Shown here one piece after another: positions 26,347 to 38,410 of a stretch of 64,000 nt of DNA. Within the stretch, counting starts at the first letter, position 1. Every line of letters starts with the position of its first letter. The stretch covers positions 48,422,001 through 48,486,000 of the forward strand of contig NC_043009.1 in assembly GCF_006345805.1 (NCBI RefSeq). The letters run 5' to 3'. The notes under the pieces were generated by a model. That model saw only the letters and a list, made by a program, of their open reading frames with translations. It was not told the DNA's origin and did not search any database. Made by a program: the position numbers and the translations under genes. Source of the stretch: Octopus sinensis. Lineage: Eukaryota.

Positions 26347-27184
26347 GTTTATATATACACATATGCTGCATAATATTAAGAAAGTTGTGTGTTTTTGTCG
26401 CAGTCAAATTATTTAAATTAACGCCAATTTAAATTTCAAGCACTCTCAACTCCACGCATACCCCCTAATTCTTCATTTAATTAATCCCCAATTAATCAAC
26501 GCAGTATGATGTTACGTTGGGCAGTCTTGGTTTTCTCATCATCATTATTATTAACCATAATATGTACTGTGAATTGTTTCATTTCTCTTAAAAACATGTC
26601 GTTATCCGAAAACTGTCGTATAACACAAACACACACACACATATCCGCACAAATATGCATACATATATGCATACACACACACACATATCCGCAAAGATAT
26701 GCATACATATATGCATACATATATGCATACACACAAATGTAATTTAATAGGTACTCCATATAGTTTTCATTTCGCTCATAGCAAATGTAAGGTAGAACAG
26801 ACTAGTTTCTAGACTCCTTTGCTCATCATCAGGGAAAGAATATCCATCAAATGTCCACAAAACAATATTGGCATATAGCTGTTTGTTAGCGTACACAATT
26901 CCAGATGCAGATCAAGTGGATTATTTAATTTCCTGAGAGGCTCATGCACTAATGACAGCAAATCAATTAATCATGGACTACACTCTGCTATTTGGATAAC
27001 TTGAAATTCTAAACCCTTATGCATCTACTGATAACTTGAAATTCTACACCATTATATATTAAGAAACAAACTGACCGTACTGATCTGCCGTAACTGCTTG
27101 AAGAGAAAGGAAAGCTTGGGTTGTAAGCGGTTTCTTCATATTTAACACAGCTAGTGTTTGCCTATCTATCTATCTATCTACCTG

Positions 27185-27470
27185 CTAGGTATGAAGCTTG
27201 CTTCCCAACCACTTTGTTTCAGGTTCATATATATATATATACGTGTGTGTGCGTGTGCGTGGCCTGTGTTCGAGTGCGTTTGTCCCTCATCATCACTTGA
27301 CGAGCGGTGTGGGCGTGCTTATATCTCCCGTAACTTAGAGCTTCGGTATAAGACAATGATATGATAACTAACAAGCTTAGAAAGAGAAAAATATTAATAG
27401 GGTCGAATCACACAACTACAAATTCTTCAAAGTGGTGCCCTAGCTGGGCCGCAGCCTAACAAGTAAAAAT
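27185..27470 (+). mobile_element. Decayed family-C SINE
   Basis: aagcttgcttcccaaccac, cttgacgagcgg, cccgtaacttag and aaagtggtgccctagc segments are colinear with the family. Confidence 0.65.
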
Positions 27471-27733
27471 AAAAGAGAAAAGAGAAAATACAAACACACA
27501 AATACATTCATATTTTCTTCACAATTAATTATAAATTCTTTACGATAATTACCCAATCTGGCACTTGTAATTAACTCCGGTTCAGCATTGATGGAACTTG
27601 CCGATGATTAATGAAACATCATCTAATACACATGTTGCAGTGCTCAAGACAGTAATATCAGATGTTACTTTCATTGTATGTAAGGAAGTAAGAAGATAGG
27701 ACAAGATTTGAGTGAGATTTGGGTACCATTACA

Positions 27734-28156
27734 AGAAGGTCGAGCAACTATACTTTACTAGATGATCGAGTTACTATACCTTACCAGATGGTCGAGCTAT
27801 TAAACCTTACCAGAAGGTCGAGCTATTAAATCTTAGATTGGATAAGATTTGAGTGAGATTTGGGCACTATGCTTAGCAGTATTTCGTCTGTCGTTACGTT
27901 CTGAGTTCAAATTCTGCCGAGGTCGACTTTGCTTTTCATCCTTTCGGGGTTGATAAATTTAAGAATCAGTTACGCACTGGGGTCGATGTAATCGACTTAA
28001 TCCCTTTCTCTGTCTTTGTTTATCCCCTCTATGTTTAGCCCCTTGTGGGCAATAAAGAAATAAGAATGTCGAGCTACTATACCTTACCAGAATGTCGAGC
28101 TTCTTCACTTACCAGAAGGTGGAACTACTAAACCTTACCAGAAGGTCGATAACTAT
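27734..28156. repeat. 26-bp minisatellite (about 8 units) interrupted by a family-A SINE
   Basis: Unit aga(a/t)ggtcgagcta(c/t)ta(t/a)accttacc; about 4 units before 27835 and about 4 after 28063. Confidence 0.8.
27868..28063 (+). mobile_element. Family-A SINE (tail i, 5' truncated)
   Basis: Near-consensus body and tail ending gggcaataaagaaata. Confidence 0.9.
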
Positions 28157-28477
28157 CCCCCTCTTAAAAGATTCATTGATTCGTTATTTATTACCTCCAT
28201 TCCCAACCATGGGTTTAACCCGGGGCATTACATAACTTGATGCTTTTTATTGTTGTCCGTAGAGAGAGAGAGAGAGTTATATGCGATCCTGTTTAATGTT
28301 GTAAAAGTTACCGCAGTCCATGGCTTGGTTGTACACGTTCTTGACGCTAGGGAAATTGCTTTCTTGGAAATGAGATTTCTTGCTTTGCTTTTGTAATTGG
28401 TTTGCAAGATACTTGATATGAATTTGTCTGTTGAATCATATTGTATTGTATCTCGGGAAGATCATTACACCAACATT

Positions 28478-28695
28478 TCTCTCTTCTATAGGCACATTCC
28501 CTAAAATTGTTCGGGGGAGGGTTACTCGATTATATCCACCCCAGTGTTAAGCTGATACCTTATATTATCGACCTAGAAAGGAATTTAAGTACAGTCGACA
28601 TAGGCGGCATTTTAAATAGAAACATAAAGAGCTAGAAAAAAAAAAACTCCGCTAAGCATTTTGCCCTCCTCGCTTACGATAATACCAGCACGCTG
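28478..28695 (-). mobile_element. Decayed family-A SINE (tail ii)
   Basis: Reverse complement of head, body and tail ii. Confidence 0.7.
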
Positions 28696-31181
28696 TCTTC
28701 ATTATGCCACTAACAAACATAATAATAAACACACGCACTCGTTGTGCTTCACTTCTTTATCTTTATTATTTAAATTTCCTGTTCTTTTACGTGTACTGAT
28801 CACTGAGATGCTTAACAAACGGTTGATGATCACCTTCTAATTGTTGAAACATAAAATCAGATTGCAAACAATAAGCATATTATCCGCTAATACTGAACCT
28901 AAACTTAAATTCTTGTAAGTCCTATATTAATGCAGTTATACGATATATATACTTTATACATTCAGTTCCCAGCTACAGCAGTTAGCAAATACTTATGCTT
29001 ATAAACAAACACACATGCAGCATTTATTCAGACTAAACGAATGCCCATAGGCTATTAATAAGCCCAACTACTACTTTAACTTACGAACGCCGTATGTGGA
29101 GGGACATGGCTTTGTGGTTAAAGCAGACTCTCCCTAGACACCACAGAACAAACTTTATTATTCGCGAAGTAAACACAGCAATGTCACTCGATACTCTACC
29201 TCATGAAGGCCACTTCTAGTTCTCACTGTGCACACAACTGTGTGCTGCCATCTGTTGGCACGCTACATAACTAGTCTGGGAATCTTTGATACCACATCGT
29301 AAGGCGATTGTCCTTTACTTGGGCCCAGTAAGAAACTATGAACGACTTAAATTTCATTGTACTACACGAATTCCATTGTTTCGGGCAGTGCCGCCGTTTA
29401 GAAGAAACTTAAAGCAACAACCTTAAGATTTGAACTCCACTTATATTTACAATAATATCGTCGACGCTTAAATGACAATTTGTTAACGTTGTTGCTATGT
29501 AGCCCCTGGTCAACCATGACCGCATATCAATTACTATGCGCAAAGACGTTCCATACTTGGCCATACTATATTTTTAGTTTTCCAGGTCCAGTAAGCCTCA
29601 TTATTGGGACGGTAGATCGTGATATTTGAGAGTGATTTGGTTGCTATTTCTAGCTGGTACAATAGACACCTAGAGTTCCATCTTGTTTTCTAGAGAAAGG
29701 TTGGAACTGAAAGTTATAACAATTTATAGTTAGGAGGACTGAGCTATGAAGTGCAACATCGACCGTCTTAATCTTCAGATCACAGCATCCTCCGTGGATT
29801 CATAACGTTTTGTAAGTACACTCTACAACCAATAATGTCCAATCGATCTTTAAATCTAACAACAAAGACATAGACTGGCGGAATCTAGAGAGAGTCAAAC
29901 GACCAGCATCGTTGTAGCTCTTTACTATCAGATTTCGAATCACACCACCGTCGATTTTTTTTTACGATTTTTATTTGATTTTTCTCTATCCAAGGTTGAA
30001 CAAATGTGTACCAGCAAAGTATTTGCATCGATTAAATCGATTTCCTTCTACACCAAATTTTCTTTTGTGTGGCTATATAAGGAATTATTATTATTAAGTT
30101 TAATATCTTCATAATGTTCTGAACTCAACAGTCTGGCAGCAGTGAAGCAATGCAATGCGAACCATTGACATTTTGGCTTAGAACTGCAATAACTCATCGT
30201 TTTTGCCAAATGTAACCGTTAAACACAGTAAGTACACTTGTAATTTATAAGTGCAGTACACCTGACATTAATTTAACTTTTACTTGTTACCTTATTTGGT
30301 TGTGATACACACACACATACATACACACACGTGCATATATTCATATGTGTGTGCGTGTATATATATATATATATATATATATATGTCTGTGTGTGTATGC
30401 ATATTCACGCATACTGAAAGATACGAACACGTGCAAACATACGCAGATATACACACACATGCATGCATGTACACGCACTCACCTATATGCACACATCTGT
30501 ATTTGAGAGTGGAAGAGTGTGTTGTGGAATTGGCACTCTGCAACCTAGCATCACTCTGTAGAAGCTGTGCACCATATTATTACAAAACCCAATAAATTAC
30601 TACAATATGTATTCCATTGGAAGCAGTCACCTACCTAAAACAGATGAAAGCTGTAAATTTACTCTAATTTATGACTAAATAAAGTGCAACAGGAGAGATA
30701 CACAGAAGCGAAGGGACAGATAAAGACAGAAAGAACGAGAGAGAGAGAGAGAAGAGAGAGCGAGAGAGCGAGAGAGAAAGAGGAGATAACACGAGAAACG
30801 TTAGTACGTTAAATTTGGCATCAATGATATGAGGCGGTGGGGCTGAAGAATTCTGAAGGAGAGAAATGATGCATCGTAGTTCTGTAAAGAAGAGGTGAGA
30901 GTCAAATAGTAAATACAAGAAAAGAAAGAGAAAAATATATATAAAAAAAAATAATAATAATACACGAATGAATAAATGAGAAATAGGAAGCAAAGAAGTT
31001 GCTTCGAGGTTATTAGTTTAGTTTTTAATGTCATTTATGAAACTGGCAGTTAACCTAGTCGGTTTGATAATATGTTGCGGTATTTGACTATAATTATGGT
31101 ACACGAATAAATACATGCGTTATACATGTACAACGTATAAGCGCATGTGCACGGAAACACACACCACTTGCATAAATATAT

Positions 31182-31402
31182 GTGCATAAAAAGATAAGCA
31201 GGTATGCATGCATGTACACTACACATACATATATAAATGTGTGTTCATGTATATATATATATATATATGTATATATATGTATGCATGTATATGTCTATAT
31301 ATATATTACGTATATATAATAAAATGTATATATATATACATATATATACATATATACTATGTATATGTATATATATATCTAGCTATATATATCTATATAT
31401 AT

Positions 31403-31445
<43 letters not shown>

Positions 31446-31853
31446 ATGGGTGTGTGTTTGCGCATGTGTAGATATGTATGTGCGTATGTATGCTTGTAGA
31501 CATACACGAATGTTTGTATATTAAAGTCAGTATAACAAATACTTCGGTGCATAAAAAGATACAGGTATGCATGTACACTACACATACATATATAAATGTG
31601 TGTTCATGTATATATATGTTTAATATATATATATATATTATATTACGTATATATATATAAATATGTATATATATATAATACATATATATACTATGTATAT
31701 ATATATATAATATATATATTATATATCTAGCTATCTATATATATATATGTGTATGTGTGTGTGTTTGCGCATGTGTAGATATGTATGTGCGTATGTATGT
31801 TTGTAGATATACGCGAATGTTTGTATATCAAAGTCAGTATAACAAATACTTCA
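31182..31853 (+). repeat. Tandem duplication of a microsatellite-rich block (365 bp + about 307 bp)
   Basis: Both units start gtgcataaaaagata and end aagtcagtataacaaatacttc; the second unit starts at 31547. Confidence 0.9.
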
Positions 31854-32042
31854 CTGCAAATATATAGACAAGAGTTTTTATGTGGTACCGTCAATGTATA
31901 ACTAGGAATATGTAGATGTATGTATACCTGTATAAATTTTCTTGACGTTCTTATGAGTATGCGTGTGTGTGCGTGAGTTTACATGTGTATGTGCATATAT
32001 ATATGTGTGCCTATATGTATCTTTAGATATCTGTCTATATAT

Positions 32043-32077
<35 letters not shown>

Positions 32078-32245
32078 ATATACATATATGTGTGTGTATA
32101 CATATACACACAATAATATGAGTGTGTATATATATATTTTCAGATGTGCATGTGTATATATACTACATACATGCATACATACATATATACATACATACTC
32201 TTAGCCATATGTGCATTTGTGTATGTACATAAATATTATAGAATG

Positions 32246-32276
<31 letters not shown>

Positions 32277-32599
32277 ATGTGTTGCTAGATATAAATTGTA
32301 TTTGCGTATAAGTGTGTATGGTCCCAAGTGAGGAAATATGCACACACACTGCGTACGCATACTAACAAGCGCGCGCACACACACATAAAAACACACACGC
32401 AAACACACATACACACACATTCAAAAAACATTTTCCACTCACAATCTTTCCGAATATTACTCTACTCAATATCAAAGACAGGAAAGTGACGATAAAGACG
32501 TATTTGGAGGAGAAAGACAAGAAAATTTGAACGAAAACGGAATATGAATAAAATGGCCAAGGAAATGAAAACGCGATAAACAAAATATAGATTGCTGCA

Positions 32600-32619
32600 T
32601 ATATTAACAGAAGCAGCAA

Positions 32620-32652
<33 letters not shown>

Positions 32653-32656
32653 TAGT

Positions 32657-32689
<33 letters not shown>

Positions 32690-32703
32690 TAGTAGTTGTG
32701 GTG

Positions 32704-32765
<62 letters not shown>

Positions 32766-32851
32766 GGTGGTGGTGGTGGGTATTAGTAGTAGTAGTGGTG
32801 GTGGTGGTGGTGGTGGTGGTAGTAGTAGTAGTAGTGGTGGTGGTGGTGGTG

Positions 32852-32884
<33 letters not shown>

Positions 32885-32999
32885 TGAAAATAGTGAAGAG
32901 TACCGGAAAAATATTGGTTGATGGAGTTCATAAAATATTACTACCGGGAAACATAAGGCAATAATAATAATAATAATAATTATTATTATTATTATAATA

Positions 33000-33046
<47 letters not shown>

Positions 33047-33080
33047 TAACAACAACAACAACAATTATTAAAAATAATAA
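32600..33080. repeat. (GCA)/(GTA)/(GTG)/(AAT) trinucleotide field
   Basis: Directly visible. Confidence 0.9.
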
Positions 33081-33084
33081 TAAT

Positions 33085-33292
33085 CCTTTCTATAATAGGC
33101 AAAAGGCCTGAAATTTGGGGAAAGGGTCGATTAAATCAAGCCCAGTACTTGACTAGTACTTATTTTACCGACCCCGAAAGGATGAAATGCAAAGTCGACC
33201 TCGGTGAAATTCGAACTCAGAACGTAAAGACGAACAAAATGCCGCTAAGCATTTTGTTCAACGTGTTAACAGTTCCGTTTGTTCTCCGCCTT
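33085..33292 (-). mobile_element. Family-A SINE (tail ii)
   Basis: Reverse complement match to the family. Confidence 0.8.
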
Positions 33293-33332
33293 ATGCTGCT
33301 CCGGCTGCTGCCGCTACTACTACTACTACTAC

Positions 33333-33365
<33 letters not shown>

Positions 33366-33366
<1 letters not shown>

Positions 33367-33715
33367 CTATCAACATATTTGTTTGCGCCCATTGCTATTG
33401 TTCCATGTGCTTCAATAACAACGGGTAATATTGCTTTGAGCTGTCACGTTCTTCTATCTCCAATCTATCTTTGTTCACTTTTTCAAACGTTTTCAGAGAT
33501 CTTTTTCTTTTCAGTTTTTTTTTTTTTGTCAGCTGGGCCTGCAACATCAATCAAAAGACAAGTCTTTTCAAGTTTGTATTTTCACAACGATATCTTGTCG
33601 GCTAGCTTGGATTTTTCCAATCAGTCTGAGGACGGATATTCCAAAAAGATGGTTAATTCCAGCATGGTGGACAACTTGTGATGGTTCGTGTTTCCACCGA
33701 TTCTGTTTGCAAGTC
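33366..33715 (-). mobile_element. R4/Dong-like non-LTR fragment A (restriction-like endonuclease domain, degenerate)
   Basis: Frameshifted WKHEPSQVV...IFWN..QTD.KIQASRQDIVV...TCLLIDVAGPAD...ILPVVIEAHGTI. Confidence 0.7.
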
Positions 33716-33718
33716 ACG

Positions 33719-34460
33719 TTATTATTTGATGAAAGCTCTCAGCTTGTTTTGCTAGGTATGATGGAAAATGTCAGCTGTCCACAGCCACCAAACAGTTGTG
33801 TACTTTCCATGCTTCAAGAATCCTGTGAAAAATTCTTGCACTTCCAAGCAATGCTGATTTTTGTAGGTGTTCTATCCTTAAATTTGACCCAATTTTTTGT
33901 TTTTTGTTGAGTGCTGATACTTCCAAGGGCACCAGTTTACTAATGGTATCACATCGACTCTCCTCATTGACCACAACCTTCATATTTCCCACATTACCTG
34001 GTCGTAGTTTTTCATTTTGTCTTCTTTCTCCTTTCTCCTGTTATCACTGAGACATACTAATGTCCATTACCATGCAAGTTCTTTCTTTTTTATTCACCAC
34101 AACAATGTCCAGATTCCGATGTCTGGTCAGGTGATAGCACTGAATTTATGCATCCCACAGGTTTTTTCAGTCTTCTTTCTCGGCGACACCTTCTGGGGTT
34201 TCCTCATACCTTGTCTTTGCTCTTTGTAGGCCGTGATATCCAAAGAGCTCAAAATAGATCATTCTTGCCACATTGTCAAGTCTTTTGTAATCGTGTTGTA
34301 CTAATTTCAGGCATTCCCTAACGGTGTGCCATACCATTTCACCCCTCTCACCACACATTCTGCATTTGTCGCTGTCGGCAGTGTTGTTATTTCTGCAATT
34401 CTCATAATACTTAACGCTTGTTCTCGCGCTGCGCACATAACTGTTTCTCTCTCTATGTTC
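33719..34460 (-). mobile_element. R4/Dong-like non-LTR fragment B (CCHC knuckle + RLE + 3' UTR)
   Basis: DKCRMCGERGEMVWHTVRECLKL...YKRLDNVARMIY; DIVVVNKKERTCMVMDIS; IEHLQKSALLGSARI; ends with a short aataataa. Confidence 0.8.
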
Positions 34461-34462
34461 AG

Positions 34463-34533
<71 letters not shown>

Positions 34534-34538
<5 letters not shown>

Positions 34539-35215
34539 TAGTTTTATTTTATAGCGTGCTTTCACTTCACTACCGAGCACAGCTCTGTGTGCCTTGGTAT
34601 GTGCTGTGATTTGTTGTGATGCTCTGATGGTTATTGTATGGAAAGGTTTTCTGTTCTGCGTAGGATGTGTGCAGTGCCTAGTAGTGCAATTTTTCTATGT
34701 TATATGTGTTTGTAGTCCTGGTGTTTTTTGTTATGTATTTGTCTGAATTTTGTTATCATGCTAATGCACCTACTATGATAGGAATTGTTTCTGTTTTCAG
34801 ATTCCACATTCTAGTTACCTCTATTTCCAGGTCTTTGTATTTTGAGAGTTTCTCCATTTCTTTTAGAGACACGTTGTCATCAGCCGGTATTGATACATCA
34901 ATTAGAAAGCATTTTTTTTCTTCATGATCTCTGACAACTATATCTGGTCTGTTGGCCTTAATTTCTCTATCTGTGTGTATCGGCATATCCCAGAGTATGG
35001 TTGCTTTCTCGTTTTCCTTTCTGTGACCTTTTCTGGTGTGTGCCTATACCATCTTTTTTCTGTTGTTATTCCTAATGTTTGCATAGCTTCCAATGTATGT
35101 AGGTTCCAACTCTGTCATGTCTGTGAATATATTCCTTCTTAGCCAAGACTGGGCAGCTAGAGATAATATGATTTATTGTTTTCTTGTCCATCTCCACATA
35201 TTCTGCAGTTACTTG
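34534..35215 (-). mobile_element. R4/Dong-like non-LTR fragment C (3' end, 5'-truncated)
   Basis: CRICG...INHIISSCPVLAKKEYIHRHDRV...ILWDMPIHTDREIKANRPDIVVRD...LIDVSIPADDN...KEMEKLSKYKDLEIEVTRMW (PD-(D/E)xK RLE). The 3' UTR runs into (TAA)n. Confidence 0.9.
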
Positions 35216-35266
<51 letters not shown>

Positions 35267-35274
35267 TGTTGTTG

Positions 35275-35339
<65 letters not shown>

Positions 35340-35394
35340 AATTTATGTATCTGTTTATCAATTGTCTTCCGATGTGATAAACGTTAAAAAGCAT

Positions 35395-36265
35395 AAAACG
35401 AATGCTGTCACCACTCAGTCCAGGCTTTTGCAAATTACCCAGTGAATATATTGTGCAGCTCTATAATGCCGGTTGAGATACTCTTTAGGTGCAAGAAGAC
35501 TGCACTTGGGGACAACATGATCAATGGTTTCATTTTGTTGTTGACATACACGACATGTTGGGCTACTGCCGTTCTTTAATATGTTTGCCTGGTAGTTCCT
35601 TGTAGGTAGGTATTGATCTTGAGCTGCTATGATAAACCCTTCTGTTTCAGATTTTAAGCCAGGGCTTTGTCAACATCTGCAGTAATCGCTCTCTTTGGGT
35701 ATTTGCCATAAGAGCTGTTTTTCTTACCATTTATCAATCAGAATATCTAAGGCAGTAGTTTTAGCACGGGTTTTCATGCGCTTAGCTTTTTCTGCATTTG
35801 TTTCTTGTATGTCTAATTCCGAAACTTGTTGTATTCGGAATTCACTTAGATATTCCTTTGCCTCTTTTGTTATTGAGTATGATGCTTTCTTGTTTTCATG
35901 TTTTGAGACAAGTTTTAACATCCAGTCCTCAGAGTTTTTCAGGTAGGTGTCTAGGCCAATTGTGGCAATCTTCATTGTTATTGCCAGTTGTAAAATTCCA
36001 CGGCCTCCCTTTTTTCTTGGCAGATAAGGTCGTTCTTTATCTGCCTTAGGGTGGTGCATTCTATGCATTATCAACAGTTTTCGTATCTTTTTTCTGTCAA
36101 GATTACATATTTCAGAAATTGACCAGTCAACTGTATGTCACGACTGTTATGGCTAAACCATTGATCGCTTCGATCCTGTTTCTCGCATTCAGCTGTCTTG
36201 AGTATTGCTCTCACTCTGCGATAACATTCTCTCCTGATCCTTTCCTTCATCACTGAATGGCGCCT
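35395..36265 (-). mobile_element. R4/Dong-like non-LTR fragment D (RT C-terminus to CCHC knuckle)
   Basis: MKERIRRECYRRVRAILK; MHRMHHPKADKERPYLPRKKGGRG; LKSETEGFIIAAQDQ; CRVCQQQNETIDHVVPKC...EYLNRH. Confidence 0.9.
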
Positions 36266-36269
36266 TCTC

Positions 36270-36295
36270 TTCTTCTTCTTCTCTTCTTCTTCTTA

Positions 36296-36339
<44 letters not shown>

Positions 36340-36367
36340 ATTATTACTATTATTATTATTATTATTA

Positions 36368-36411
<44 letters not shown>

Positions 36412-36482
36412 TTTTCTCTCTTCTCCTCCTCCTGCTCCTCCTCCTTCTCCTTCTGCTCCTGCTCCTTCTCCTCCTGCTCCTT

Positions 36483-36546
<64 letters not shown>

Positions 36547-37013
36547 GTAGTAGTAGTAGTAGTGTAGTAGTAGTAGTAGTAGTAGTAGTAGTTGTAGTTA
36601 TTGTTGTAATTAGTAGGTGTAAATGGGGGTGAAAAGATCAATATAGATACTGGATAACATTAAACGAAACAAAAAATAATTCTTTTTTTTATTTTCACAA
36701 AACAAAACAAAACAAAACAAAGCCAAAAAAATCCCATCTTTCCGATGTTTTCTTATAAAGATTCCATGATGTCAATGAAAAGAATTCACCCTTTGGAAAC
36801 ACTAATTATACAACTATGTTAATTACATAGCATGGGAACAAGCTAATTTATAAGAAATTGCTAACTCATATAAATTGCAGTGCTTAATTCACAGAAAATA
36901 AACTAACCGGTCATTAAATTGTGGAAAAGGGGGTGTCATTGTAGGAACGCGGAGAAACTTCTCTCCTGGTTATCTATTAGCACTCGATTACCGGACGTTG
37001 TAATATAATAATA

Positions 37014-37069
<56 letters not shown>

Positions 37070-37208
37070 TAATAATAATAATAATAATAACAATGATAAC
37101 GATAATAATAATGATAATGATAATGATAATATTAATAATGATAACGATAATAATAATGATAATGATAATAATAATAACAATAATAATAATAATAACAATA
37201 ATAATAAC

Positions 37209-37247
<39 letters not shown>

Positions 37248-37272
37248 AAAGATGATGATGATGATGATAATG

Positions 37273-37322
<50 letters not shown>

Positions 37323-37335
37323 GAGAACCACGATA

Positions 37336-37383
<48 letters not shown>

Positions 37384-37460
37384 TTTGTAGTGCTGGTGTT
37401 GGATGTAATGGGAGTGATGGCGACGACGATAAGAACGACGATGATAGCCACAAGGACACG
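36270..37460. repeat. (TTC)/(TAT)/(TAG)/(AAT)/(GAT) microsatellite fields (36270-36610 and 37000-37460)
   Basis: Directly visible. Confidence 0.9.
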
Positions 37461-37727
37461 AATGTAGTTACAAGACAATACTTGTCATAAAAAAGGGAGT
37501 TACATATATATGAAGATACGTGCGCACATACATACACTTACACATGCCAACGAGCGCGCGCACACGCACACACACATATTTCTCTTATTTTTTCTCGTTT
37601 ATTTGTTTCAGTCATTTAACTGTGGCCATGCTGGAGCACCGCATTTATTAAAATATATAAAGAGAAGCGGATCGTGTATACATACATACATACATACATA
37701 TATACATACATACATACATACATACAT

Positions 37728-37778
<51 letters not shown>

Positions 37779-37789
37779 ACGGGAAAGTA

Positions 37790-37960
37790 TACGAAAATAA
37801 ACAAAAGACGAAGGCAGGTGGAGTACAAACAAACAAACGTATTAGTATAGCGCTCAGGAATAGAAATAGAAAAAGTATTTTACGTTTCGAGCATACGCTC
37901 TTCGACAGAAAGATACACAGAAAAAAATAAAGAGAGAAACAAGGAGAGAAAAAAATGCGC
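37790..37960 (-). mobile_element. Penelope-like terminal repeat remnant with hammerhead-like motif
   Basis: Homologous to 47663-47832. Motif cttt-CTGTCGA-A-gagc-gtat-gctc-GAAAC-GTA-aaa at 37877-37912. The PLE assignment is inferred from the motif. Confidence 0.5.
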
Positions 37961-38039
37961 AGTCTGAAGTGTTCTAAAAACAGCTGTAGAAGCAACTATG
38001 GTTCTCACCTCTAATGCCAGTTGCTGCTGTCGCTGTTGC

Positions 38040-38410
38040 TGTTGAGCGAACGGTCTTCGTCCCAGAACTCGCAAGATGGGAGAAGCCCGAAACGTGGTCT
38101 TTGCTATTCGTAAGACCCGCAGAAGAGAAAGCTGGTCAACCCCCGACACCGAGAGCATCGACGGATGGATGAATGCGCATCCAGGCTCAGCGGCTGCGTA
38201 GGAAGTCGGGGACAAGAAACAGGAAGAAAGAGTGAGAGAAAGTTGGGACGAAAGAGTACAACAGGGGTCGCCACCACCCGCTGCCGGAGTCTCGTGGAGC
38301 TTTAGGTATTTTCGCTCAATAAACACACACAATGCCCGGACCGGGAATCGAAACTGCGTTCTTACGACCGTGAGTCCGCTGCCCTAACCACTGGGTCATT
38401 GCGCCTCCAC
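38040..38410 (-). mobile_element. tRNA-derived SINE, H1 head + T3 tail
   Basis: Head gtggaggcgcaatgacccagtggttagggcagcgg...gtttcgattccc. Body as at 11076; different 3' module. Confidence 0.85.

Noticed and set aside
27734-28156. CRISPR-like appearance of short repeats
   Set aside because: Units are directly adjacent with no unique spacers, in a eukaryotic context with no cas genes.
28290-28480. Possible Penelope RT remnant on the minus strand (KNVYNQAMDCG)
   Set aside because: Similarity is too weak and frameshift-dependent to support without a search.
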